From the NCBI GenBank assembly GCA_963666215.2, contig CAXWPL010000005.1, positions 319,331 through 383,330 on the forward strand: 64,000 nucleotides of DNA. The letters are read 5' to 3'. Below are positions 39,369-48,629 of the stretch, one piece after another. This DNA is from Acidobacteriota bacterium (lineage in GTDB: Bacteria; Acidobacteriota; UBA890; WLXD01). The notes below the pieces were generated by a model that did no database searches, was not told where the DNA came from, and was given only the letters and a program-made list of their open reading frames with translations. How positions within the stretch are numbered: the first letter of the stretch is position 1; each line of letters begins with the position of its first letter. The position numbers were made by a program, and so were the translations under genes.

Positions 39369-40333
39369 GAGTCCGCGGCCGACGCTGACCCGACCGACGG
39401 CACCGATTCGTGGGCTCTGGCGCTGCCGCGACACTCCGTGGTCGTGGCCGGCGCCGCGGGCCTGGCAGGCGCGGCAACCGCAGTCGGGCTTCGAATCGTC
39501 GGTGAGTCACCGCACAGCTGGCAGCTCGCGTCGCGACGCAGCTCGATTGCCCGAAACACCATGTCGCGGGCATCAACCAATAGCAGACGTGACATCAACG
39601 CGGTCTCCCCCTGCGCCACGAGCTTGAGCGCCTCGGCCGCCATCACCGTACCGACGATGCCCGCAAGCGGTCCGAGTACTCCAGCCTCTTGGCAGGCCGC
39701 CTGTTCTCGCGGCGGCGCCGCGAACAGGCAGCGATAACACGGTGTGCGCGGCGGTGCGATGACCGTTACTTGTCCTTCGAACTGATGCAGGCTGCCGGTC
39801 ACCAGCGGCACACCCGCGAGCACGCAGGCGTCGTTAACCACGTAGCGCGTCGCGAAGTTGTCGCTACCATCGAGTACGACGTCATAGCCTGCGACGAGCC
39901 CCGCGACATTGGCCGCATTGACACGCACCCGATGCATCGTCACCTGCTGCTCGTTATCTCGACCCGGCGATCCGGTGTATCCGGCCACTCGGGCTGCGTC
40001 CGTATTCCCCGCATACGCCGCCAGTCGCTCGGCGGCCGCTTCGACCTTCGACCGTCCTATGTCGGCGGCAGAGTACAGAATCTGGCGCTGCAGGTTGGTG
40101 GCGTCGACGACATCGTCGTCAACCAGGCCGACGACACTCAGCCCCGCGGCCACGAGATACCGCGCCGCCGGGCAGCCGAGCCCGCCAACGCCAATCACCA
40201 AGGCGCGCGCTCTCAACAGTCGGGACTGGCCGGTAGTGCCGAAACCAGGTAGTGCCAGATGCGCCTGGTAGCGCTCCATCTGCGCCGCGGTGAGCGCCCC
40301 CGGCGTCCGGCTCTCAGCCGACATTCGGCTCAC
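39365..40333 (-). CDS. MoeB/ThiF/HesA family E1-like adenylyltransferase
   Basis: 322 aa. Contains RYQAHLALPGFG, the nucleotide loop ALVIGVGGLGCPAARYLVAAG, and zinc-type CYRC ... CQLC pairs. Low-complexity C-terminal tail and no rhodanese domain. Confidence 0.88.
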   Translation of the reverse strand: MSRMSAESRTPGALTAAQMERYQAHLALPGFGTTGQSRLLRARALVIGVGGLGCPAARYLVAAGLSVVGLVDDDVVDATNLQRQILYSAADIGRSKVEAAAERLAAYAGNTDAARVAGYTGSPGRDNEQQVTMHRVRVNAANVAGLVAGYDVVLDGSDNFATRYVVNDACVLAGVPLVTGSLHQFEGQVTVIAPPRTPCYRCLFAAPPREQAACQEAGVLGPLAGIVGTVMAAEALKLVAQGETALMSRLLLVDARDMVFRAIELRRDASCQLCGDSPTIRSPTAVAAPARPAAPATTTECRGSARAHESVPSVGSASAADS

Positions 40334-41375
40334 CGAGCTGCCAGTGCACCATGCCGCGGGCCTTGTAGTCCTCGGGCTCGATCTGAATCGTCGTGTGGGC
40401 GATGGCGAACCCTTCGCGTAACGTGTGGCGTAGCACGTCGAGCAGATTCTCCGACTCGGTCAGGATCTCGCGCTTGACCTCCACGTGGCAGGAAAGCGCG
40501 TACACCCCTGACGTCAAGCTCCACACATGTAGATCGTGCACCCCTTCGACGCCGGTGGTCCCGCAGATCTTCCTCGAGACCTCACGGACGTCGATACCGG
40601 CGGGCGTGGCCTCGAGCAGCACGTCGACCGACTCACGAACCAGGCGATAGGCGCCCAGCACGATGACGACACCGATACAGATCGACACCAGCGGGTCGAT
40701 GAGTCGGTTGCCCGTCGCCCACATCAGGGCACCGCCAATCAGCACCCCCACCGACGAAAGCAGGTCACCGAGCACATGCAAATACGCCCCGCGCATGTTG
40801 AGGCTGTGGTCGTGGCCGTGCAGAAAACGCAGGCCGATGGCGTTGGCCGCCAACCCGATTGCCGCGACCACCATCATCAACCCGGTGCGAACCTCGGGCG
40901 GCGCGAGGAGGCGTTGGTACGCCTCCCAGAAAATGAAGAGTGACAGCACAACCAGGGTCACGCCGTTGGTGAGCGCCGCGAGGATCTCGAGTCGGTACCA
41001 GCCGTAGGTCTTCTCGGGAGTGGCCGGACGGGTGGCGAACGACAGCGCCGCCAGCGCCAGCAGTAGCGCCAGCGCGTCGGAAAACATGTGCCCGGCGTCC
41101 GCCAGCAGCGACAGGCTGTTAGACAACCACCCACCTGCCAGCTCGGCCACGAAGATGATCGCCGTGGTGCCAAGAGCCAGCATGAGGCCGCGGCGCTCGG
41201 CGAAGCGGCGGCGTTGGCCGGAGACGCCGATCGGCCCGTCGGATCGCGAAGCCAGCCCTCGGTGAGAGCCATGAGGATGCGTATGTCTGGCCCGAGGGGC
41301 GTGGGGGTCCCCTTGTCCCTGTCCGTTGGCAGCCAAGGATGTCCCGTCTTCGTCGTCAGCGGGCGACCGGCTCAT
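40314..41375 (-). CDS. cation diffusion facilitator (CzcD/ZitB-like) transporter
   Basis: 353 aa. His-rich N-terminus (HAPRARHTHPHGSH), TM2 motif LLADAGHMFSD, and a C-terminal cytoplasmic domain VHDLHVW. The 3' end overlaps the E1 start by 20 nt. Confidence 0.85.
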   Translation of the reverse strand: MSRSPADDEDGTSLAANGQGQGDPHAPRARHTHPHGSHRGLASRSDGPIGVSGQRRRFAERRGLMLALGTTAIIFVAELAGGWLSNSLSLLADAGHMFSDALALLLALAALSFATRPATPEKTYGWYRLEILAALTNGVTLVVLSLFIFWEAYQRLLAPPEVRTGLMMVVAAIGLAANAIGLRFLHGHDHSLNMRGAYLHVLGDLLSSVGVLIGGALMWATGNRLIDPLVSICIGVVIVLGAYRLVRESVDVLLEATPAGIDVREVSRKICGTTGVEGVHDLHVWSLTSGVYALSCHVEVKREILTESENLLDVLRHTLREGFAIAHTTIQIEPEDYKARGMVHWQLGEPNVG

Positions 41376-42520
41376 GGCGAAATTGTAGTGCTTGGCTCAG
41401 CCGCCACATGACCGAAAACTTGTAGAAGCACCTGCGCCGCCGTCGCAGCCGTGATGGCGCTCGGATCGAGCGCCGGCGCCACTTCGACCAGGTCCATGCC
41501 GAAGATGTCGAGCCGCGGCCACAACGCAGCAAGCAGCTCCAAGACATCCCGGCTGCTCGGTCCTGCCGCCACTGGGTAGCCCGTACCGGGTGCTGCCGAT
41601 GGGTCGAGCACGTCGATGTCGAACGACAAGTAGACGGGACCACCACCAAGCACGTCGACAATCGCGTCGGCTGTCGTTCCGACTCCTTGGCGGGACCACT
41701 CGGCGGCGGAAACGACCCGTCCCGCCTGCCTCAGGGACGCGAGCTCGATCTGGGCGTAGGAGCGCAGCCCGACGAGCGCCGTGTTGCGCGGCACAATGCC
41801 AGCGTGATCCCAGGCGCGACTGACGGCGCAGGCGTGCGAGGCGCGATCACCCTCGTAGTCGGGGAAACAATCGGCGTGCGCGTCCAATAGAAGGAGCCCT
41901 AGCCCAGGGTGATGGCGGGCTGAGGAAGCAAGCAGCGGCGGGGTAACACCGTGGTCACCGCCCAGGCCAAGGAAAAAAGCCTGCGGATGAGCGCGCAGTG
42001 CGGCATCGGCGGCGGCTTCGATCGCTTGCCAGCGTGAGGCGGACTGCCCGGACTCGATCGAAGCCCCCGGATCGCTCGAGCGACTCGACTGAGCCTGATC
42101 GGTTGGCGTGCCCGACACTCGAGGCGTCTCCGACGCAGCCGGCGTGTCGGGTAGGACCACGTCGCCAACGTCGATGACACGCAGGCCGGAGATCATGGAA
42201 CCGTCTTCGGTGATCGCCTCGGCCGATGCCGCCCAGCCGCGGATCGCCGCGGGCCCATCGGCGGCGCCGGCGCGGCCGCTAACTGCGCCGTCGAACGGGC
42301 AGCCGAGCACGACGATTTCGCGGTTTTCTTGGCGGATCGGGGCGGGGACAGCAGACCGTGCAGCCGACGGCGGGGCAGCATCCACTGCGTCGGCTTGGAC
42401 CGATACGGATGGTTCTGGATCGGGACGCGCCGGAGCAAGATCATCGGCCACGGCAAGGCCAAACCAGGGAGGAATCGTGCGCATGGCCCCGAGACTCGCC
42501 GCGCGGGCAGCGCGCGTCAA
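41372..42520 (-). CDS. arginase/agmatinase/formiminoglutamase family ureohydrolase
   Basis: 382 aa. Mn-ligand motifs GGDHGVT, LLLDAHADC and SFDIDVLDP. Carries a long Ser/Pro/Ala-rich insert. ATGA overlap with the CDF start. Confidence 0.8.
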   Translation of the reverse strand: MTRAARAASLGAMRTIPPWFGLAVADDLAPARPDPEPSVSVQADAVDAAPPSAARSAVPAPIRQENREIVVLGCPFDGAVSGRAGAADGPAAIRGWAASAEAITEDGSMISGLRVIDVGDVVLPDTPAASETPRVSGTPTDQAQSSRSSDPGASIESGQSASRWQAIEAAADAALRAHPQAFFLGLGGDHGVTPPLLASSARHHPGLGLLLLDAHADCFPDYEGDRASHACAVSRAWDHAGIVPRNTALVGLRSYAQIELASLRQAGRVVSAAEWSRQGVGTTADAIVDVLGGGPVYLSFDIDVLDPSAAPGTGYPVAAGPSSRDVLELLAALWPRLDIFGMDLVEVAPALDPSAITAATAAQVLLQVFGHVAAEPSTTISP

Positions 42521-42579
42521 GCGATCTCGCTGCCGCTGTAGAACGCGAGCGAGGCGATCTCGTCGCCGGGACCCCGGTT

Positions 42580-42608
42580 TTGACGCTTTCGTGGCGTGCC
42601 CTTACTCT
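42580..42608 (+). promoter_or_regulatory. putative sigma70-type promoter for cysK operon
   Basis: TTGACG (42580-85), 17-nt spacer, TACTCT (42603-08), about 110 nt upstream of the cysK start. Sequence match only. Confidence 0.3.
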
Positions 42609-42716
42609 GCCCGCCATGCATGATGAGGCCATGACACACGACGACACGCCGCCGGCCTGCGCGCAGCCGGGAACGCCGACTGAGACGGACGGCCGGATAG
42701 CAAATCCGGGGGGCGC

Positions 42717-43652
42717 TTGGTTACATCGCTCGAGGAACTGATCGGCAACACGCCGATGGTTCGGCTACGGCGAATCGTCGCGCCAGGCGCCGGCGAAGTG
42801 TTCGCCAAGTGCGAGTGGCACAACCCGGGTTTCAGCGTCAAGGACCGCACGGCGCTCGGCATGATCGAAGCAGCCGAAGCCAGCGGGCTGCTCGCGCCCG
42901 GTGGCACGATCGTCGAGCCCACCGCCGGCAACACCGGCATCGGCCTGGCTCTCGTGGGTGTGGGACGCGGCTATCGGGTGATCCTCGTCGTCCCCGACAA
43001 GTACAGCCGCGAAAAAATGGTCCTCATGCGAGCGCTGGGCGGCGAGGTGGTGCTGACGGCGGCGGCCGACGGCATGGAGCACGCGATCGATCGGGCCTAT
43101 CAGATCGCGGAATCGATACCGAACGCCCACGTGCCGCAACAGTTCAACAACCCCTCAAACCCTCAGGCTCACTACGACACGACCGGCCCGGAGATTTGGC
43201 AGCAGATGGAGGGACGCATCGACGCGCTGGTGATCGGCTGCGGGACCGGCGGCACATTCAGCGGCTGCGCTCGCTACCTCAAGGAGCAGCAATCAAGCTG
43301 CCTGATGGTCGCTGTCGAGCCGCAGGGCTCTGTCATCGGTGGCGGCGAGCCAGGCGACCACCGCGTCGAAGGCATTGGATCGTCGGTGATCCACGCGACG
43401 CTCGACATGTCGCTGGTCGACGAGGTCTTCATGGTGCACGATCCGGAGGCCTTCGAGACCACGACACGTTTGGGTGCCGAAGAAGGAATTCTGGCGGGCT
43501 CGTCGGGCGGTGCTGCCGCTTACGCCGCGGTCCGCATCGCCGACCGTCTGGGGCCGGGCTCGCGGGTGGCGACGCTCATTCCAGACAGCGGCGAGCGTTA
43601 CCTGAGCCAGGGACTTTACGAGGACCCGATGGCCTCGCAGGAGGGAGCATGA
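42717..43652 (+). CDS. cysK: cysteine synthase (CysK/CysM family, PLP-dependent)
   Basis: 311 aa. TTG start preceded by a G-rich stretch. Contains LIGNTPMVRL, the PLP-lysine motif NPGFSVKDR, and GCGTGGTFSG. CysK versus CysM cannot be resolved by eye. Confidence 0.9.
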   Translation: MVTSLEELIGNTPMVRLRRIVAPGAGEVFAKCEWHNPGFSVKDRTALGMIEAAEASGLLAPGGTIVEPTAGNTGIGLALVGVGRGYRVILVVPDKYSREKMVLMRALGGEVVLTAAADGMEHAIDRAYQIAESIPNAHVPQQFNNPSNPQAHYDTTGPEIWQQMEGRIDALVIGCGTGGTFSGCARYLKEQQSSCLMVAVEPQGSVIGGGEPGDHRVEGIGSSVIHATLDMSLVDEVFMVHDPEAFETTTRLGAEEGILAGSSGGAAAYAAVRIADRLGPGSRVATLIPDSGERYLSQGLYEDPMASQEGA

Positions 43653-44887
43653 GCGTTTTGAAAACCACCGAGGAGGAGCCCGCGGAGTCGGCAGTGGAGC
43701 CGTCGCCAAACGCCGAGCACAACGAGAGAGAGAGCTCGCACGTCTACCGTGGCTTCGCCAGCCGCGCCATTCACGTCGGCCAGGATCCGGACCCTCAAAC
43801 CGGCGCCGTGATCCCGCCGATTCACGCGACGTCGACCTTTGTTCAGTTCGAGTTCGGCGAGCCGGGCGAGTACATCTACTCGCGCTCGGCCAATCCAACG
43901 CGTACCGCGCTCGAGCGCAATCTCGCCGCGCTCGAGGGCAGCAAGCACGCCATCGCCTTCGGCAGCGGCATGGCGGCAACCGACGCCGTGCTCCGCTTCG
44001 TGTTGCCGGGACAGCGCGTACTCGCATCATTCGACATGTACGGCGGCACCTACCGGCTCTTCGAGCAAGTCCTGCGTGATTTCGGGATCGGCTTCGACTA
44101 CGTCGACACCTCCGATGTGACAACTGTCAAGGCGGCGATGACCAGCGAGACGCGCATGATCTTCGTCGAAACGCCCACCAATCCACTCATGACCATTGCC
44201 GATCTCGAGGCGATCGCCGGCGTCAGCAAGGCGCGCGGGGCGCGTCTGGTGGTCGACAACACCTTCATGAGCCCTTATCTGCAGAACCCGCTGGAGTTCG
44301 GCGTGGACATCGTCGTTCACTCCACCACCAAGTACATCAACGGGCACTCCGACAGCATCGGCGGCGTGGCGATGACCAACTCCGACGCCGACGCCGAGAG
44401 ACTGCTGTTCATTGCCAAGAGCGTCGGCGCAGCGCTGTCGCCCTTCGAGGCGTGGCTCATCCAGCGCGGCGTCAAGACGCTCGCGGTGCGCATGGATCGT
44501 GCCGAGTCGACCGCCGGGCTCGTCGCCGCCATGCTCGATGGACACGACAAAGTCGAACGCGTTTACTACCCCGGCCTGCCCGACCATCCGCAGCACGACC
44601 TCGCTCGGCGCCAGATGCGCGGCTTCGGCAGCATGGTCAGCTTCGACCTGCCCGATCGCGCCGCGGTAAAAAGCATGCTCGACGCGGTGCAGCTGTGCAC
44701 TCTGGCCGAGAGCCTTGGCGGCGTCGAGACGCTGATCAGCCACCCGCCCTCGATGACCCACGCATCGATTCCGTTGGAAGAGCGGCTGGCGCGGGGTGTC
44801 AACGACGGGCTGGTGCGCATCTCCGTGGGCATCGAAGAGGCCGAGGACATCCTCGACGATCTGGGGCAAGCGCTCGACCAGGTCTAG
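43649..44887 (+). CDS. cystathionine gamma-synthase/gamma-lyase family (Cys/Met metabolism PLP enzyme)
   Basis: This is the 3' part of ORF 42809..44887 from ATG 43649 (MSVLKTTEEE...). GGAGGGAG lies upstream, and the ATGA overlaps the cysK stop. PLP-lysine motif HSTTKYINGHSD. Confidence 0.9.
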   Translation: MSVLKTTEEEPAESAVEPSPNAEHNERESSHVYRGFASRAIHVGQDPDPQTGAVIPPIHATSTFVQFEFGEPGEYIYSRSANPTRTALERNLAALEGSKHAIAFGSGMAATDAVLRFVLPGQRVLASFDMYGGTYRLFEQVLRDFGIGFDYVDTSDVTTVKAAMTSETRMIFVETPTNPLMTIADLEAIAGVSKARGARLVVDNTFMSPYLQNPLEFGVDIVVHSTTKYINGHSDSIGGVAMTNSDADAERLLFIAKSVGAALSPFEAWLIQRGVKTLAVRMDRAESTAGLVAAMLDGHDKVERVYYPGLPDHPQHDLARRQMRGFGSMVSFDLPDRAAVKSMLDAVQLCTLAESLGGVETLISHPPSMTHASIPLEERLARGVNDGLVRISVGIEEAEDILDDLGQALDQV

Positions 44888-45091
44888 AGGCCCGGCAGAC
44901 CTTGGTTGAGATGTGCAGCGCTGCCTGATGCGAACGAATCGTCCCCAACGTTGTCCATTCTTGTGCTTGTTCGCGCTTCCCCGGCCGCTTGTCGCCCCTC
45001 GGCAGCCTTGTTACCATTCGTGATCGCTCGGTAGATCGCGCACAGTGGACGTGCTGCCGGGCTGCCGATGGGCCAGGAGCTCACGCCGCCG

Positions 45092-46399
45092 ATGCCGAAC
45101 ATTATCCACGTCGCCGCCCGCGAAATCCTCGACTCGCGCGGCAATCCGACCGTGGAGGTGGACATCCTGGCCGAGGACGGCAGCCTGGGGCGTGCAGCGG
45201 TGCCGTCGGGCGCCTCGACCGGCCACGCCGAGGCGGTCGAATTGCGCGACGGCGGCGATCGTTATCGCGGCAAGGGAGTTGGCCAAGCGGTCGACAACGT
45301 CGGCACTGCCGTCGCCGATCTGCTGATCGGTGTGGAGGTCACCGAACAGGTCTGGATCGATCGCGCGCTGATCGAGGCCGATGGCACCGACAACAAATCA
45401 GCGTTCGGTGCCAACGCCATGCTCGGCGCTTCGTTGGCCGCCGCCAAATGCGCCGCCGACTCCGTGGGTCTGCCGCTGTATCGCTACGTTGGAGGCATCG
45501 ACTCCAACGTTCTGCCCGTGCCGCTGCTCAATGTAATCAACGGCGGCGCGCACGCCGACAACGTGCTCGATATCCAGGAGTTCATGCTCGTCCCCGCCGG
45601 GCTACCCAGCTTCAGCGAGGCGCTGCGGGCCGGCGCGGAGTGCTTCCACGCCCTGCGCGATCTGCTGCGAGACCGGGGCCTGGCTACGGGTGTCGGCGAC
45701 GAGGGCGGTTTCGCGCCGCAAGTGTCGACCGCCGCAGAGACGCTCGACCTGCTGATGGCGGCCATCGAGGCCGCAGGCTACCGACCCGCGGAGGACATCT
45801 ACGTGGCTCTCGACGTGGCGATGACCGAGCTCAGCACCGACGGTGCGGCACCCTACGCGCTGGCTGCCGAGGGTCTCGACAGCTGCAACGCCGACGAGCT
45901 CATCGAGCTCTACGGAACGCTGTGCGAGCGCTACCCACTCGTCTCGATCGAGGACGGGTTGGGCGACGAGGACTGGGACGGCTGGACGCGCCTTACCTCC
46001 GCTCTCGGGAACCGAACACAGCTAGTCGGTGACGACCTTTTCGTCACCAACGTCACCCGGCTACAGCGCGGCCTCGACGCCGGCGCCGGCAACGCCCTGC
46101 TCGTCAAGCCAAACCAAATCGGCACGCTCACCGAAACCCTCGCTGCCGTGAGGTTGGCCAGCAACCATGGCTACGCGACCATGATGTCGCACCGCTCCGG
46201 CGAGACTAGCGACAGCACCATCGCCGACCTGGCGGTTGCCGCCGGCTGCGGGCAGATCAAGGCGGGGTCCGCGTCGCGCGGCGAGCGTGTCGCCAAGTAC
46301 AATCAGTTGTTGCGTATCGAGGAATCGCTCGACGACGCGGCGATGTTCGCCGGTCGCTCCGCCTTCGCGTCGCTGCGCGGCGGGCGCGACTCTGTGTAA
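45092..46399 (+). CDS. eno: enolase
   Basis: ORF 45068..46399 trimmed to ATG 45092 ([23 protein letters not shown]). Contains [17 protein letters not shown]. Confidence 0.95.
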   Translation: MPNIIHVAAREILDSRGNPTVEVDILAEDGSLGRAAVPSGASTGHAEAVELRDGGDRYRGKGVGQAVDNVGTAVADLLIGVEVTEQVWIDRALIEADGTDNKSAFGANAMLGASLAAAKCAADSVGLPLYRYVGGIDSNVLPVPLLNVINGGAHADNVLDIQEFMLVPAGLPSFSEALRAGAECFHALRDLLRDRGLATGVGDEGGFAPQVSTAAETLDLLMAAIEAAGYRPAEDIYVALDVAMTELSTDGAAPYALAAEGLDSCNADELIELYGTLCERYPLVSIEDGLGDEDWDGWTRLTSALGNRTQLVGDDLFVTNVTRLQRGLDAGAGNALLVKPNQIGTLTETLAAVRLASNHGYATMMSHRSGETSDSTIADLAVAAGCGQIKAGSASRGERVAKYNQLLRIEESLDDAAMFAGRSAFASLRGGRDSV

Positions 46400-46420
46400 G
46401 GGCATGAGGACGGCATCAGC

Positions 46421-46846
46421 ATGAGCATCCGGATACTCATCCCGCGGTTGCGGCTGCCCACATCCATCGCGCGCCCGCGCCGCTTCGTGTGGGCGAGCCT
46501 GTGCATCGCGCTGTGGGGCACGGCATACACGTTCTTCGGTGCCGGCGGCTATGTGGGCGTGGCCCGAGCACGGATCGAGATCGAACAGCTCGAGACGCGT
46601 GTGGCGCAGGCAGAGACGGCCAACAGCGCGCTGACTCGAGAGATCCACGACCTACGCCACAATCCCCAGGTGATCGAGCGCCTGGCGCGTGAAGACCTCT
46701 ACCTCGTTCGGCCCAACGAACGAGTGTTCCTCTTGCCTCCTATCGAGGACGGCACGCCGAGCTCCCTGATCGATCGTTCGGCGACGCCTGAATCGGATGC
46801 CTCGTCAGATAGTCGTGGCGGCCAACCCGAGCCGGAACGCCGCTAG
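46421..46846 (+). CDS. ftsB: septum formation initiator FtsB/DivIC family protein
   Basis: 141 aa. One TM segment plus a coiled coil (IEIEQLETRVAQAETANSALTREIHDLRHNPQVIERLARE). Conserved position after eno. Confidence 0.75.
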   Translation: MSIRILIPRLRLPTSIARPRRFVWASLCIALWGTAYTFFGAGGYVGVARARIEIEQLETRVAQAETANSALTREIHDLRHNPQVIERLAREDLYLVRPNERVFLLPPIEDGTPSSLIDRSATPESDASSDSRGGQPEPERR

Positions 46847-46987
46847 CGCTGGTGCGGCCGCTTGCGGTGGTCGAGCCGCTGGCGGTGCCCGCTCTGGCAA
46901 CTCCGTGACCCTGCCAACTCCCCTTCCTGCGCTAACTCCAGTGGTCCGCTCCATCCCCTCCGCCACTTCCGCGACCTGGTCAACATC

Positions 46988-48598
46988 ATGGCTCGAATAG
47001 GTATTTACGGCTGGGGCGTCGTCGCTCCGCGGTCCCGCAACGTCGAGGCCTTCGAGGCCAACCTGCAGCGCGCCGACTCGTGGCTCGAACCGTTCAACGG
47101 CTTCGGACCCTCCACCTTTCTCGTGGGGCAGCCCGACTTCGACTTCGGTGACTATCGCGATTGGATCAACGAGCGCTTCCTGCCGACCAAGTACCCGCAG
47201 CTGCAGCAGAAGATGGGGATGCCCACCCAGCACGCTATTGGTGCGTTCATCCAGGCGCTAGGCCAGAACGAGGGCATCGAGGCCACCTTGCAGGAGCTCG
47301 GCAGCCAGACCCAAGTGCTTGTGGGCACCGGACTCGGCGATTTCCCCACGCAGTACGACTGCAGCGTGGTTCTGTACCGCGCCCAGCGCCGCTGGGACCG
47401 CTTTTGGGCCGACCCCGAGCGCAACACCGATCGGCGCCGTTACGAAGAAGCAGGCGCCTCCGAACGAGAGACCATGCGCACCGACTGGGAGATCCCGCCC
47501 GAACCCTCCAGCGGCGCGCCTGAGGATGTGGAAGTTGCTCATCAGCAGTGGAACGCGTTCTGGATGGCGCGTAGCGCCGATCTGCTCGACTTTCTCGCTG
47601 CGTTCGACAGCATCGAGAACGAGGGCCTGAAAGGCGAGATCGCTGCCGGCAAGCTCGGGCTGCTGCGACGCAAGCGGACCTCGTTCGATAATCTGGTACG
47701 CCAATGGGGCTGCCCCACCCCGCCCTGGGCGGCGGTGCCGGCCCGCTTGCTGTGGAACATCCACAACACGCCCGCCGCACAGATATCGATGCTCGGGAAG
47801 ATCACCGGACCGGCCTACGCCCCGGTCGCAGCCTGTTCGACGTTCGGTGTCAGCCTCTACCTCGCCATGCAGGCGATCAACACGGGCCAGGCCAAGGCCG
47901 TCGTGGTGGGCGCTGCCGCCCCGCGGCCGCACGCGACTTCGGTGGGGTGTTTCTATGGCGCTCGCGTTCTGGCTTCCGCCAGCCGACCCTCGATGCCCTT
48001 CACCGACCTCCGCGGCACACACGTCGCCGGCGGATCCTGCATCTGGATAGTCGGCGACCACGACTTCATGAGTGCGCGCGGCTACAAACCACTCGGCCTG
48101 GAGATCCTCGGCGTTGGCGTGACGTCGGACGCCGACCACATCATCACGCCGTCGCAGACGGGCCCGCGCCAGGCAATTCACGACGCGTTCACGGCGGCCG
48201 GCGTTGGCGCCGAGAGCGTCGGCACCTGGGACCTGCATGCCACCGCGACCCCTGGCGACTACCAGGAGGTGTCCAATCTGAACGGCGTACTTCCCGAGGG
48301 TGTGCTCCTGACGGCACGCAAGGGAACGTTCGGGCACGGTATGTCGGTGGGCGGCGGCTGGGAGCTGATGGCGCAACATATGGGCATCACGAGTGGTCAT
48401 ATCTATCCATCGCCGATCACCGACGACGAACTGCATCCAGATGTACGTCGTTTCGCATTCGACTACGTTGGGAACATAAAACGCTGTGCTCCGGCGGGCG
48501 TCGCTGGTAAACTTTCCATGGGGGTCGGCGGGATTAATGCTTGCGTGATCTCCAGACGCTGGGAGGATGGTCTGCTGGGCAACTCAGCTGGAGAATGA
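46988..48598 (+). CDS. beta-ketoacyl synthase (KAS I/II-like, Cys-His-His) with large N-lobe insertion
   Basis: ORF 46862..48598 trimmed to ATG 46988 (MARIGIYGWGVVAP...). Active-site Cys in PVAACSTFG and His in DLHATATPGD and GTFGHGMSVGG. The Cys is residue 283. Confidence 0.75.
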   Translation: MARIGIYGWGVVAPRSRNVEAFEANLQRADSWLEPFNGFGPSTFLVGQPDFDFGDYRDWINERFLPTKYPQLQQKMGMPTQHAIGAFIQALGQNEGIEATLQELGSQTQVLVGTGLGDFPTQYDCSVVLYRAQRRWDRFWADPERNTDRRRYEEAGASERETMRTDWEIPPEPSSGAPEDVEVAHQQWNAFWMARSADLLDFLAAFDSIENEGLKGEIAAGKLGLLRRKRTSFDNLVRQWGCPTPPWAAVPARLLWNIHNTPAAQISMLGKITGPAYAPVAACSTFGVSLYLAMQAINTGQAKAVVVGAAAPRPHATSVGCFYGARVLASASRPSMPFTDLRGTHVAGGSCIWIVGDHDFMSARGYKPLGLEILGVGVTSDADHIITPSQTGPRQAIHDAFTAAGVGAESVGTWDLHATATPGDYQEVSNLNGVLPEGVLLTARKGTFGHGMSVGGGWELMAQHMGITSGHIYPSPITDDELHPDVRRFAFDYVGNIKRCAPAGVAGKLSMGVGGINACVISRRWEDGLLGNSAGE

Positions 48599-48629
48599 GT
48601 CGGCTCGGCCACGGTGGAGCGCGACACAC

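Noticed and set aside
36976-42716. Search for a ThiS/MoaD/CysO-like small ORF ending in Gly-Gly near the JAMM/E1 pair
   Set aside because: The genes overlap end to end. The only GG-terminal ORF in the track (41397..41699) is an Arg-rich frame inside the agmatinase-like gene.
42611-42741. Upstream ORF MHDEAMTHDDTPPACAQPG... overlapping the cysK start, considered as a leader peptide
   Set aside because: It is part of a long alternative-frame ORF (42358..42741), is not Cys/Met-rich, and has no associated alternative hairpins.
42809-43648. First 280 codons of the 692-aa ORF 42809..44887
   Set aside because: This is an alternative frame inside cysK with Arg/Gly-rich composition. The real gene starts at ATG 43649, which has a Shine-Dalgarno sequence.
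47258-48436. Long antisense ORFs opposite real genes: 47258..48436, 56522..57658, 60226..61722, 62883..63932, 32903..34120, 24922..26247, 27531..29033, 11316..12302 and 44989..46032
   Set aside because: Each lies opposite, or out of frame with, a gene that has clear catalytic motifs. Their compositions are biased (R, A, G, P, S) and they have no recognisable domains.
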